DNA of 12,015 nucleotides from Bdellovibrionia bacterium. Lineage in GTDB: Bacteria; Bdellovibrionota; UBA1018. The DNA lies in NCBI GenBank assembly GCA_049424145.1, contig JBMSSC010000088.1, positions 1 to 12,015 on the forward strand, read 5' to 3'. Below the pieces are notes generated by a model. The model made no database searches. It had not been told where the DNA came from and worked only from the letters and a program-made list of their open reading frames with translations. How positions within the stretch are numbered: the first letter of the stretch is position 1; each line of letters begins with the position of its first letter. A program made the translations under genes and the position numbers. This document shows, in pieces, positions 1-7,537 of this stretch.

Positions 1-136
1 TTTATTTTCTTCAGTTTCCCGATCTGGAAATTCTACGTCTTTCGAACGGCTCGTTAGCGGCTTGGTTTTAGGTCGTGGTGAGGACCAAGATCGCTGCTTT
101 GAAACGGGCCCGTTGAGCACGGCTCCAGCGTTTCTC

Positions 137-165
137 GATTTCACATTTGACTTGATTTCACATTT
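137..165. repeat. Direct repeat GATTTCACATTT x2 with a 5-bp spacer
   Basis: Exact 12-mers at 137-148 and 154-165 (17-bp period), downstream of fdx. Confidence 0.75.
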
Positions 166-238
166 TAAAGGATGAGGAGCAGCCAAGCGCTTCGTTTTGG
201 CGCTCAGGCGAAGTGGGGCTTTGCCGTTCTCAGATCGA

Positions 239-640
239 TCACTCTCTGACTAAATTTCGATTCCAATGGGGGATTTCCACCACAAGGTTCTTCCTCCCAT
301 TGGGGACGCACTGGCAAGCCAGACGCGACCTTGAGCTGAGTCCGGGGGCTTTCTCCAATTGGTCCTCTTCCTCTTCCGTGCTCTCGGAGCAGGAGTCCAA
401 ACCCTCTTGGACCATCACATGACAGGTTGAGCAGGCGCAGACGCCTCCACACGCGTGGTCAATGTCAATGCCCGAGGCTAAGGCAATGTCCAGAAGGCTT
501 CCTGGCAGGCCTGTTCCACTTGAGGGGATGGCATCAGGCTCAACAGTGACGACTTGACCTTGGGGTAAGTACGTGATCGTAAAGCTCTGGGTTGGCTTTT
601 CAGCGTGAGGTTTGGAATGATAAGGATTGGATCCACCCAT
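239..640 (-). CDS. fdx: [2Fe-2S] ferredoxin, ISC/adrenodoxin type (133 aa from the ATG at 640; the ORF track extends it to 688)
   Basis: IDHACGGVCACSTCHV gives C-x5-C-x2-C, and SRLACQ supplies the fourth ligand. It also has an acidic helix EEEEDQLEKA and a C-terminus VVEIPHWNRNLVRE resembling ISC Fdx. I prefer the MGGSNPY start because the extra 16 aa to 688 look unstructured; the start is uncertain. Confidence 0.93.
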   Translation of the reverse strand: MGGSNPYHSKPHAEKPTQSFTITYLPQGQVVTVEPDAIPSSGTGLPGSLLDIALASGIDIDHACGGVCACSTCHVMVQEGLDSCSESTEEEEDQLEKAPGLSSRSRLACQCVPNGRKNLVVEIPHWNRNLVRE

Positions 641-805
641 AACGGGTCTTCTAGCAGGTTTTTTCTCGGTCAGTCCAGAAAAAACCATTCTGTTTTTAGC
701 GAGGTTCGAGTGGGTTTTGGTGTTTTGAGATCGTCATTTTCCGTCCTTTGAGTTAAAAAAACGAGACCTAGATTTCAACCCCCAATTCAAGAGGTAGAAA
801 ACTCC

Positions 806-1735
806 ATGTCTCACGTTCAATCGGATTTGAAAGCCCCTCTCACCCCCGCTTCATCCCTTTCTGGGAAGTCCTTGAAAAGACCAAGCCTCACTCTCCAAGG
901 TCATCGCGCGCTTGTCACCGGGGCTTCTAGCGGCATCGGGGAAGCCTTTGCTCGAGAACTCGCCTCACGCGGGTCTGACCTCGTCATCACCGCTCGACGT
1001 GAATCCCGACTCCAAACCTTGGCTCAGCAATTGAGACAGCAATACGGCGTCCAAGTCGATTGTGTGGTCTGCGATCTGGCTCAACCTGACTCCGCTCAGC
1101 GCTTGTATCAGCAGGCCACTGCAGGCGGGAAGTCAGTGCAAATCCTCATGAATAATGCGGGTGTGGGTCCTTACGGAGAGTTTTTATCGGGAGGCTGGGA
1201 GGGGCATGCAGCCACCCTCCAGCTCAATGCGACTTCTTTGTCCGAGCTCTGTTATCGCTTCAGCTCCCATATGATCTCCCAGGCAAGACCCTGCTACCTG
1301 GTCAATATTGCATCCATTGCCGCGTTTCAAGGTTCTCCTAACTTTGCCGTCTACGCGGGGACGAAGGCCTTTAATCGAATTTTCTCAGAGATTCTCGCCT
1401 TTGAGCTGAAGTCCACCCAGGTCTCTGTGACTTGCGTTTGTCCCGGTGGAACTTATACCGAGTTTTTGGAAAAAAATGGCCAAGTTCTCAAAGAAGCGGG
1501 GCATTCGGCCATGATGACGGCTGAAGAAGTTGCTCGAATCGGAATCGAAGGAATGCTGAGACGCAAAACCGTGGTTGTTCCCGGGTTACTCAATCAAGTG
1601 GCCTGCTTTTTACCTCGCCTCTTACCTCGTGCGTTTGCCTTGAAGTTGGCCCAGGTTGCCATGAATCGCTCCGTTTCAAAACAGAGCGGATCAGCCCCTG
1701 CAACCGATTCCAGTTCCATCTCAGCAGACGGCTAA
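806..1735 (+). CDS. Classical short-chain dehydrogenase/reductase (DltE-like, probably NADP-preferring)
   Basis: TGASSGIG Rossmann motif, ARR basic residues after beta2, NNAG, catalytic Ser in NIASIAAF, YAGTK (YxxxK) and CPGGTYTEF. GAGG lies upstream of the ATG. Confidence 0.95.
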   Translation: MSHVQSDLKAPLTPASSLSGKSLKRPSLTLQGHRALVTGASSGIGEAFARELASRGSDLVITARRESRLQTLAQQLRQQYGVQVDCVVCDLAQPDSAQRLYQQATAGGKSVQILMNNAGVGPYGEFLSGGWEGHAATLQLNATSLSELCYRFSSHMISQARPCYLVNIASIAAFQGSPNFAVYAGTKAFNRIFSEILAFELKSTQVSVTCVCPGGTYTEFLEKNGQVLKEAGHSAMMTAEEVARIGIEGMLRRKTVVVPGLLNQVACFLPRLLPRAFALKLAQVAMNRSVSKQSGSAPATDSSSISADG

Positions 1736-3450
1736 CGCGGATCTGGAGTTAAACGCAAGAACTCTGGACAGGGTGGAGGGACAGGGTCCTGCTGTCTATG
1801 GGTTGACTTGAAGGAATGGTCTTGGATCTTTTGAAGGGGAACTGAAACTTCAGAAGAGAGGGGGTCCAGAGCCTTGGCTAAGCAAAGCGAGTGTCTGCTT
1901 TTTTCATGATCTCCTTTCTCTAAAAGCGCCACCCCTTGAGCCTCATAGAGCGCAGCTAGATACACCCGATTCTCAGGCGAGATGCTTTGGGCCTGGGTTT
2001 CAGACAAGAGGGGGGAGATTTTTTGGAGGATCACGTCAAATTTTTTAAGTCGCTTGAGCGCTAAGGCCCAGTTGGCGAGTCCTGCTGGGTGGTCTGGCTT
2101 AAGTTCGTGAGCTCTTTGAAAGTACCGAAGAGCCTCTTCCGAGTCCCCCGCTTTTTGTTTTAAGTTCCCCAAAGATAAAAGAGCAGAAACACTCTTTGGG
2201 TTCTTCAATGCCATATCTGTGAAGAAAACCGAGTCCTCTTTCCAGACGGAGCTCCGATGAAACGATAGCGTCGCAGTCATTGCGAGGAGTCCCAAGGCAA
2301 GGAGGTTCAGTTTTTTTGAGTTCTGCTGCTTGAGAATCGCTCCGATCAGGAGACTGAATCCCAGGATGGGTAGATAGGCATAACGGTCTGCAACCGTTGA
2401 AGTGGACTGAAAACCAAACGGGATGAGCCCAAGCACGGGTAGGAAGGCGAGAAAAAAAAACTGAGCGCCAGTTAAAATGGTGCGATTCCGTCCTCGAATA
2501 CAAAAAAGCCCCGCTAACGTCAGAGCGAAAATCACGATGTGAATGAGCGTGAGCCCATCGTCCATGACCTGTTCTGGAGTGCGGCCATAGTCTGCTGACA
2601 GCTGGAGAGGTAGCAGAGTTTTTTTGACGTAAAATCCGAGCGCATCGATGGCAAGGAGAGGACGATTGATCAGAGGGGAGGGGGGAACAAAGTAGGAGCT
2701 CTGCGCCTGATGGTTGACCCAGAGAGTGAGTCCTAAGAGGGTACCCCAAATGAGTAGGCTCAGGGATTGGGCCTTAGAGAATCGATGTTGGGCTGAAGGG
2801 GCATGGGGCCCAAGGCTTCCTCCTAGGGTCCACAAAAGCAGGGGGAGAATGATGGCTTGAGGCTTACAAAGCAGCGCCAGAAGACTGCTGATGATGACGC
2901 CACTCTCGAAACCGAATCTCGCCGTGTGCGAGCGGGACTTCTGCCCCCGCACATACCCATGACAGGCTAAAAGCGAGAAAAATCCACTGAGCAGATCCCT
3001 CATCCCTGAAATCCAGCAAACCGGTTCCACTTGTAAGGGGTGAATGCAAAAGACGCTTGCGGCAATCCCTGCTGAGAGAGTGAGCTGGGAGTTGAGCTGT
3101 GTTTTTGCATGACTCTCCTGTCGGGTTTCTTTAAGAAGAGTGTGGATGAGCCAAAAGACTTGCAGCGTGTTGGCGCAATGAATTAAAAGGTTGACGGCGT
3201 GAAATAAAGAAGGTTCCGGTGGGATCTGTGAGCGGTATAAAAAACCCCATAATAAATAAGGAACGGGAATGTAGAGTCCAAAGTAGGGTTTTTTTAGGAA
3301 GTCAAAAAAATGACCGGATTCAAACCAAGTGTTCTGAACGATATTGACATCGTCATCCCAGGCTAAGAAAGAAAACTCGAGTGAGGCTCCAAAAACAATG
3401 AGGCATAAAATAATGAGCGTCAATTTTGCATTCAGATCTTTCAGGTGCAT
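1732..3450 (-). CDS. TMTC-like multi-pass membrane glycosyltransferase (GT-C fold, protein O-mannosyltransferase-like) with C-terminal TPR repeats
   Basis: Acidic WDDD motif after TM1, then FHAVNLLIH, IHPLQVEPVCWISGMRDLL, LLCKPQAI, ADRYAYLP and VWKEDSVFF, with about 10-11 hydrophobic segments. TPR-like helices follow (LSLGNLKQKAGDSEEALRYFQRAHELKPDH; AQGVALLEKGDHEKSRHSLCLAKALDP). Confidence 0.85.
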   Translation of the reverse strand: MHLKDLNAKLTLIILCLIVFGASLEFSFLAWDDDVNIVQNTWFESGHFFDFLKKPYFGLYIPVPYLLWGFLYRSQIPPEPSLFHAVNLLIHCANTLQVFWLIHTLLKETRQESHAKTQLNSQLTLSAGIAASVFCIHPLQVEPVCWISGMRDLLSGFFSLLACHGYVRGQKSRSHTARFGFESGVIISSLLALLCKPQAIILPLLLWTLGGSLGPHAPSAQHRFSKAQSLSLLIWGTLLGLTLWVNHQAQSSYFVPPSPLINRPLLAIDALGFYVKKTLLPLQLSADYGRTPEQVMDDGLTLIHIVIFALTLAGLFCIRGRNRTILTGAQFFFLAFLPVLGLIPFGFQSTSTVADRYAYLPILGFSLLIGAILKQQNSKKLNLLALGLLAMTATLSFHRSSVWKEDSVFFTDMALKNPKSVSALLSLGNLKQKAGDSEEALRYFQRAHELKPDHPAGLANWALALKRLKKFDVILQKISPLLSETQAQSISPENRVYLAALYEAQGVALLEKGDHEKSRHSLCLAKALDPLSSEVSVPLQKIQDHSFKSTHRQQDPVPPPCPEFLRLTPDPR

Positions 3451-3547
3451 GGACCCTCTATTTTGCCAGGCTCGAGGGAAGATGAAAAGATTCTGCGCTT
3501 AAATCATGCAGACGGTGGTATCCTAATATGAAAAGCAAAGGGGGCTT

Positions 3548-4522
3548 ATGAAAAATTCATACTGGATTTTTTCCCACGGAAGGGAAAAGAAGAGTGATGC
3601 GCTGAAAGAGCAGTTGGCGTTGGGCCTGCTGACTCTCAGCTTAACAGCAGCGTTCGGATGTGTCAGTCCTCTGGAATCCAGGCCTGTTTTAGGGGAAGAT
3701 CCCGTGACTTTAAGTCCGCAAGAGCTCCAAAAATTTGTGATGCCCGCTTCTGCGGCCTGGAAAACGATCCAAAAAGTCGTCGTGATTGTATTAGAAAACA
3801 AAGATTTGGATCAAAGCCTTCGTCAACCCGATCTAAGTGCGTTTTCAAAAAAGGGCGCAATGCTGAGTCAGTACTTCGCCATCACGCATCCGTCACAGCC
3901 GAACTACATTGCTCTGATCTCAGGGAGTACCCAGAACGTAAAAACAAACTTCAGTCAATCCCTCCCCATGAGGCATCTGGGAGATCTCCTCGAAGAAGCT
4001 CATAAGACTTGGAAAGCCTATGCCGAGGATTACCCTGGAGATTGTTTCTTAGGAGGCTCACATCAAAACTACGTTCGCAAGCACGTTCCTTTTTTGAGCT
4101 TTGAAAATGTTCAGAAAAATCCAAACCGTTGTAAAAACGTCGTGAATTTTGATGAGTGGAAGACAGACCTCTTACAGCACACCTTGCCTGATTTTTCCCT
4201 TGTGATTCCGAATCAGCTCAACAATGGCCATGATACCAGTGTGGACTACGCAGGCCACTGGGTCAGTTCCTATTTGCTCCCGCTCATTGAGCCCATGGAA
4301 GCAAATCCTGATACGCTGTTTGTCCTGACCTTTGATGAGGGTTCACAAAAAAACCAGGTTTATACGGTGCTCTACGGAGCTTCTGTGAAGCCCGGATGGG
4401 TCTCTCAAGAACCCTACAGCCACTTTGGATTACTTCGAACTGTGGAGACGATCCTGGGACTTTCCAATTTAGGTCTGAATGATTCCAGAGCCAAGCCTAT
4501 TGTTGATGTTTGGAAAGAGTAA
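3548..4522 (+). CDS. Phosphoesterase-family (alkaline-phosphatase superfamily) acid phosphatase, SapM/AcpA/fungal PhoA-like; probably exported or a lipoprotein
   Basis: Motifs VVIVLEN, THPSQPNYIALISG, WKAYAED, YVRKHVPF, PDFSLVIPNQLNNGHD, LTFDE and YSHFGLLRTVE. A hydrophobic N-terminal segment ends in AFG-C38. A G-rich SD-like sequence (AAAGGGGG) precedes the ATG. Confidence 0.9.
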   Translation: MKNSYWIFSHGREKKSDALKEQLALGLLTLSLTAAFGCVSPLESRPVLGEDPVTLSPQELQKFVMPASAAWKTIQKVVVIVLENKDLDQSLRQPDLSAFSKKGAMLSQYFAITHPSQPNYIALISGSTQNVKTNFSQSLPMRHLGDLLEEAHKTWKAYAEDYPGDCFLGGSHQNYVRKHVPFLSFENVQKNPNRCKNVVNFDEWKTDLLQHTLPDFSLVIPNQLNNGHDTSVDYAGHWVSSYLLPLIEPMEANPDTLFVLTFDEGSQKNQVYTVLYGASVKPGWVSQEPYSHFGLLRTVETILGLSNLGLNDSRAKPIVDVWKE

Positions 4523-4549
4523 AAAGGTCACGTCGATCAAGAAAAGGCT

Positions 4550-5728
4550 TCACTGGAAATTCGGATACTCAGATGTAGACAAATCACTCCAGACCTTAAG
4601 GTCGTGATACTCATCTGGATTAAAGGTTTCCTTCCCAGGGGAAGAGGAAGAGGAAGAGGGGTTCGATAAGTCTAGAAAATTAGCGCTCCGATCCCAGGAT
4701 CGAATCAAAAGACGAATTCGAGCAAGATGATCTAAGGCATGATCCAGACAAGAAAATTCATAGTAGGAATTTCGGGGGACAGTAGTGATAGTTTGCGGCC
4801 CGCCTTTGATTGCCGTTGGAATGTCTTCTACCGCTTCTGGAGAGCTTGGGGACGTAAAATAATTGGCTCGGTAAATATTCCCACTCCGCTGTAATTCATA
4901 GGGGGCTGACAAGGTTAAAGCGCTGTTGGTTCCGATTCCTGAAGTGGGATAAATCACCCCAACCGGGTTTCCGAATTTATCGACGGCAAAATCTTTTCCT
5001 GGACCTGCAATACAGTTGTTGATTTTTCCTGGAAGAGTGGTGGTGACTGTGGTGGTTTTGGTAATGGTGTCTCCGGTTGTGGGATCGGAGGTGATGGTGG
5101 TTAGCGCCACGTTGAGTGTTCCTTCACAGCAGTTGGGGCCTCCAATGCTGGTGTAGTCATACTTACACCAAGTGACCGCTCCTGTGCAGTTATCAATTTG
5201 GACCTCCGAGGCTGGATTTGGTGGATCGGGGGCCTCACAGCTTCCGTTATTATTAGTGGCTGTGAAGCTCAGATTTAATGCTTCAGGTCCGTTGGACTTC
5301 GATGGCGGTTCATAGTCATAAAACCAGTAGGGTGCAACTCTTACGTACTTACACATCTCAGGAGGAATATTATAGTTTAGAGCTAGAGATTCAAAAAAAA
5401 CGTCACCTTCCTGCATTTCGAGCAAGCAGAAGATATCCTTAGCGCTGTCTGTAGAGCTGATTGTGCATGTTTTATTGAAGTCGCCGTCTTGGTGAAGGTT
5501 ATAATCGATTTTTCTAGTAAAAATGGGGGTTAGGTAGAACGCCGTGGAGCTCACCTGTCCTACAGGTGGAACACTTGAGTTGGTGGTTCCAATTGACGTG
5601 GTTAAATTCGATGACTCAGTAGATTTCGAGAGTCGCTCGCAGCCTGTCGAAATGAATGTCAAGAAGATGAGCGCGAGTCTCTGTATTCTGGAGAACGAAT
5701 TTTTTTTAAAAAATCCTGTAGAATTCAT
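4550..5728 (-). CDS. Hypothetical Cys-rich, Ser/Thr-rich lipoprotein
   Basis: 392-aa ORF. It has a basic N-region, a hydrophobic stretch LALIFLTFI and a lipobox-like STG-C30, then a Ser/Thr linker and 10 further Cys. No family recognised. Confidence 0.8.
   Translation of the reverse strand: MNSTGFFKKNSFSRIQRLALIFLTFISTGCERLSKSTESSNLTTSIGTTNSSVPPVGQVSSTAFYLTPIFTRKIDYNLHQDGDFNKTCTISSTDSAKDIFCLLEMQEGDVFFESLALNYNIPPEMCKYVRVAPYWFYDYEPPSKSNGPEALNLSFTATNNNGSCEAPDPPNPASEVQIDNCTGAVTWCKYDYTSIGGPNCCEGTLNVALTTITSDPTTGDTITKTTTVTTTLPGKINNCIAGPGKDFAVDKFGNPVGVIYPTSGIGTNSALTLSAPYELQRSGNIYRANYFTSPSSPEAVEDIPTAIKGGPQTITTVPRNSYYEFSCLDHALDHLARIRLLIRSWDRSANFLDLSNPSSSSSSPGKETFNPDEYHDLKVWSDLSTSEYPNFQ
4641..4658. repeat. 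(GAAGAG)x3 hexamer repeat encoding the poly-Ser tract of the lipoprotein
   Basis: gaagaggaagaggaagag read directly; it corresponds to the SSSSSS run on the minus strand. Confidence 0.7.
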
Positions 5729-5867
5729 AATAATTATCTTTAATTATGTAATAATTTATTAAATTTATCAACTACCTCAATCGGAGGATTAATTCTCTAG
5801 TGTTTTCAATTCTCTTTACAGTTCGGATTTTTTTAGAAAAAAAAGAGGGTGTAGGCGAATGACCTCT

Positions 5868-5889
5868 CAAAAAATCTCCAAAAAATCTC
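5868..5889. repeat. Tandem 11-bp repeat (CAAAAAATCTC)x2
   Basis: Exact copies at 5868-5878 and 5879-5889 in the divergent intergenic region. Confidence 0.8.
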
Positions 5890-5967
5890 TAAGAAGAATT
5901 TCAATTCAATGATTTAAGTTGTTTTAAGGTTTTCCTCGTTTTAGTGTGTCGAGAGGAGGAGCGCTTC

Positions 5968-5988
5968 TTTTTTTTTTTTTTTTTTTTT
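5968..5988. repeat. Poly-T homopolymer (21 T)
   Basis: Counted directly; it lies in the 5729-6152 divergent intergenic region. Confidence 0.9.
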
Positions 5989-6152
5989 ATGTGAGGCGTC
6001 ATGCAGCCTGAAAAGGTGCCCGAGATGGTCAGGCCTAGGGTGTATAAAATTCAATTTTTTCAAAAGCTTAGAAATCAAATCAGAAAGGAGATCGGGGTTG
6101 AAATCTTCTGAGCTTGAGCACCTCTCAGGCACTAGACGACTCCGGGTGAGGA

Positions 6153-6674
6153 ATGGATTTTTATTGTAGAGCGCTTCAGGTAGCTGATTTTTCTGAGTTT
6201 TACTCGATGATGCAGGAGTTCACTCGGTTTGAGGGGATTCATCACCTGCTCCTTCCAAAGAGTGACCTTCAGGAGAAACTCTTGGGTCCGTTGGCGAAAG
6301 CTAAAGGAGTGCTCCTTTGTGAACAACAGACGGGTCAAATTGCAGGGCTTTTATTGATGAGTGTGGTGGATTACAATGTTTGTTATCACCGAAGGCCCGC
6401 TTTGTACCTGGAGGAGATTTACATTAAGCCTGAGTTGAGGGGCTATTCTTTGGGGAAAAAGCTGATGCAAGTGGCCTCTCAGTACGCTTTGGAGCAAGGG
6501 TGTGACCGTTTAGAGGGGGTCGTGATTCGGGGGAACCTTCTGGCGCAAGGCTTTCACAAAAAGATGGGCGCTCAAACGCTGGGTTATTTTGACCCGATTC
6601 AATATGACCTTGAGGCGATCGAGAAAATGCTTGCACCTCATGAATCTCCTCCAATTGAGATAACGGTTCTATGA
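6153..6674 (+). CDS. GNAT N-acetyltransferase, spermidine/spermine (diamine) acetyltransferase-like
   Basis: LYLEEIYIKPELRGYSLGKKLM (motif A region) and GCDRLEGVVIRGNLLAQGFHKKMGA (motif B region). The N-terminal 'MQEFTRFE' resembles the SSAT 'ELAxYE' motif. Confidence 0.85.
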   Translation: MDFYCRALQVADFSEFYSMMQEFTRFEGIHHLLLPKSDLQEKLLGPLAKAKGVLLCEQQTGQIAGLLLMSVVDYNVCYHRRPALYLEEIYIKPELRGYSLGKKLMQVASQYALEQGCDRLEGVVIRGNLLAQGFHKKMGAQTLGYFDPIQYDLEAIEKMLAPHESPPIEITVL

Positions 6675-7537
6675 GAGGCTTTCAACGGCTTTCAGATCAG
6701 CAAATTGGAGTGCTCTATGGTCTGGGCTCCTCCATGGGCTTTGGTCTCATGAATTTTCTTGTGAAGCTCACCCCTGTTTCTATTCCCTCCTCTCAAGTGG
6801 TTTTTTCAAGAGGGATTTTAGGGGCCCTCATTCTTACGCCTTGGGCTTTAAAAAAACTCCCGCTTTTAATAAAAAAAGAAAACGCCGTTCTTTGGCTTAG
6901 GTTTTTTGCTGGGGGGGCTTCTGTGGCTTGCCTGTTTCGTAACCTATCCGTGGTGGGCGTGGGAGATGCATCCTCGATGCAAAATCTCTCTCCGTTTTTT
7001 GTGGTCCTTTTGTCTTGGATTTTGTGGGGTGAGAGGCTTTCGGCTTTCGAGGCTCTGAGTATGGCTCTTATTTTTCTTGGGGTATTTTTACTTCAGTCTC
7101 CTCAGGGGTCTTCGCTTGCGGTGTGGGATTTACTGATTGGAATCCTGGGCGCTTTTTTAGCGGGCGTTGCTTATCTAGCGTTAAAACGATCCGCACAGAA
7201 AGTCTCTTGGGTCTTAGTGGTTTGGGGATTTTCTTTTGTTTCGGCTCTATTTGTGTTGCCTTTTTCTGCTCACCACTGGGTGATTCCGAGTGTGAGCCAG
7301 GGTATGGGCCTTTTGGCTGTTGGGATCTCAGGTTTAGTAGGGCAGATCTTCCTCACTCAGGCGTTCATTCGCCTGAGTCCTGCTGTTGCCTCGGCTCTGA
7401 GCTTAAGTTCGGTGCTTTGGGGTGTGACTCTGGAGGCAATCTATTTTGCCAGGGCACCTAAGCCTATGACTTTACTCAGTTATGTGCTTATTTTGCTTGG
7501 GGTTTATGTTCTTCAAACCCATCCCCGTAGGGCCTGA
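6671..7537 (+). CDS. DMT superfamily (EamA) transporter, about 10 TM
   Basis: 288 aa with two hydrophobic repeats (QVVFSRG; LSPFFVVLLSWILWGERLS; GLVGQIFLTQAF). The start overlaps the GNAT stop by 4 bp (ATGA), implying translational coupling. Confidence 0.93.
   Translation: MRGFQRLSDQQIGVLYGLGSSMGFGLMNFLVKLTPVSIPSSQVVFSRGILGALILTPWALKKLPLLIKKENAVLWLRFFAGGASVACLFRNLSVVGVGDASSMQNLSPFFVVLLSWILWGERLSAFEALSMALIFLGVFLLQSPQGSSLAVWDLLIGILGAFLAGVAYLALKRSAQKVSWVLVVWGFSFVSALFVLPFSAHHWVIPSVSQGMGLLAVGISGLVGQIFLTQAFIRLSPAVASALSLSSVLWGVTLEAIYFARAPKPMTLLSYVLILLGVYVLQTHPRRA

Noticed and set aside
177..205. Imperfect hairpin downstream of fdx as a terminator
   Set aside because: The stem is bulged and mismatched, with no adjacent U-tract on the minus strand.
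1..249. Stop-free minus-strand frame running off the left edge (possible TTG at 186 or GTG at 144), considered as iscX or another downstream gene
   Set aside because: The translation resembles neither IscX nor any family I recognise and has no SD. It cannot be judged without flanking sequence.
1732..1735. Overlapping stop codons of the convergent SDR and TMTC-like genes
   Set aside because: The overlap is real, but this is a common compact arrangement and not evidence of a functional link.
2099..3049. 216-aa and 61-aa alternative-frame ORFs inside the TMTC-like gene
   Set aside because: They are fully nested in a well-supported CDS, have the Arg/Ser/Pro-rich composition typical of off-frame translation, and show no motifs.
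4550..5728. Multiple N-x-S/T sequons in the lipoprotein (also in the adhesin) as evidence of N-glycosylation
   Set aside because: These are expected by chance in Asn/Ser/Thr-rich proteins, and no oligosaccharyltransferase is in the window.
5941..6338. Minus-strand 63-aa poly-Lys ORF and 68-aa ORF
   Set aside because: The poly-Lys simply reflects the T21 tract, and the second ORF is antisense to the GNAT. Neither has coding evidence.
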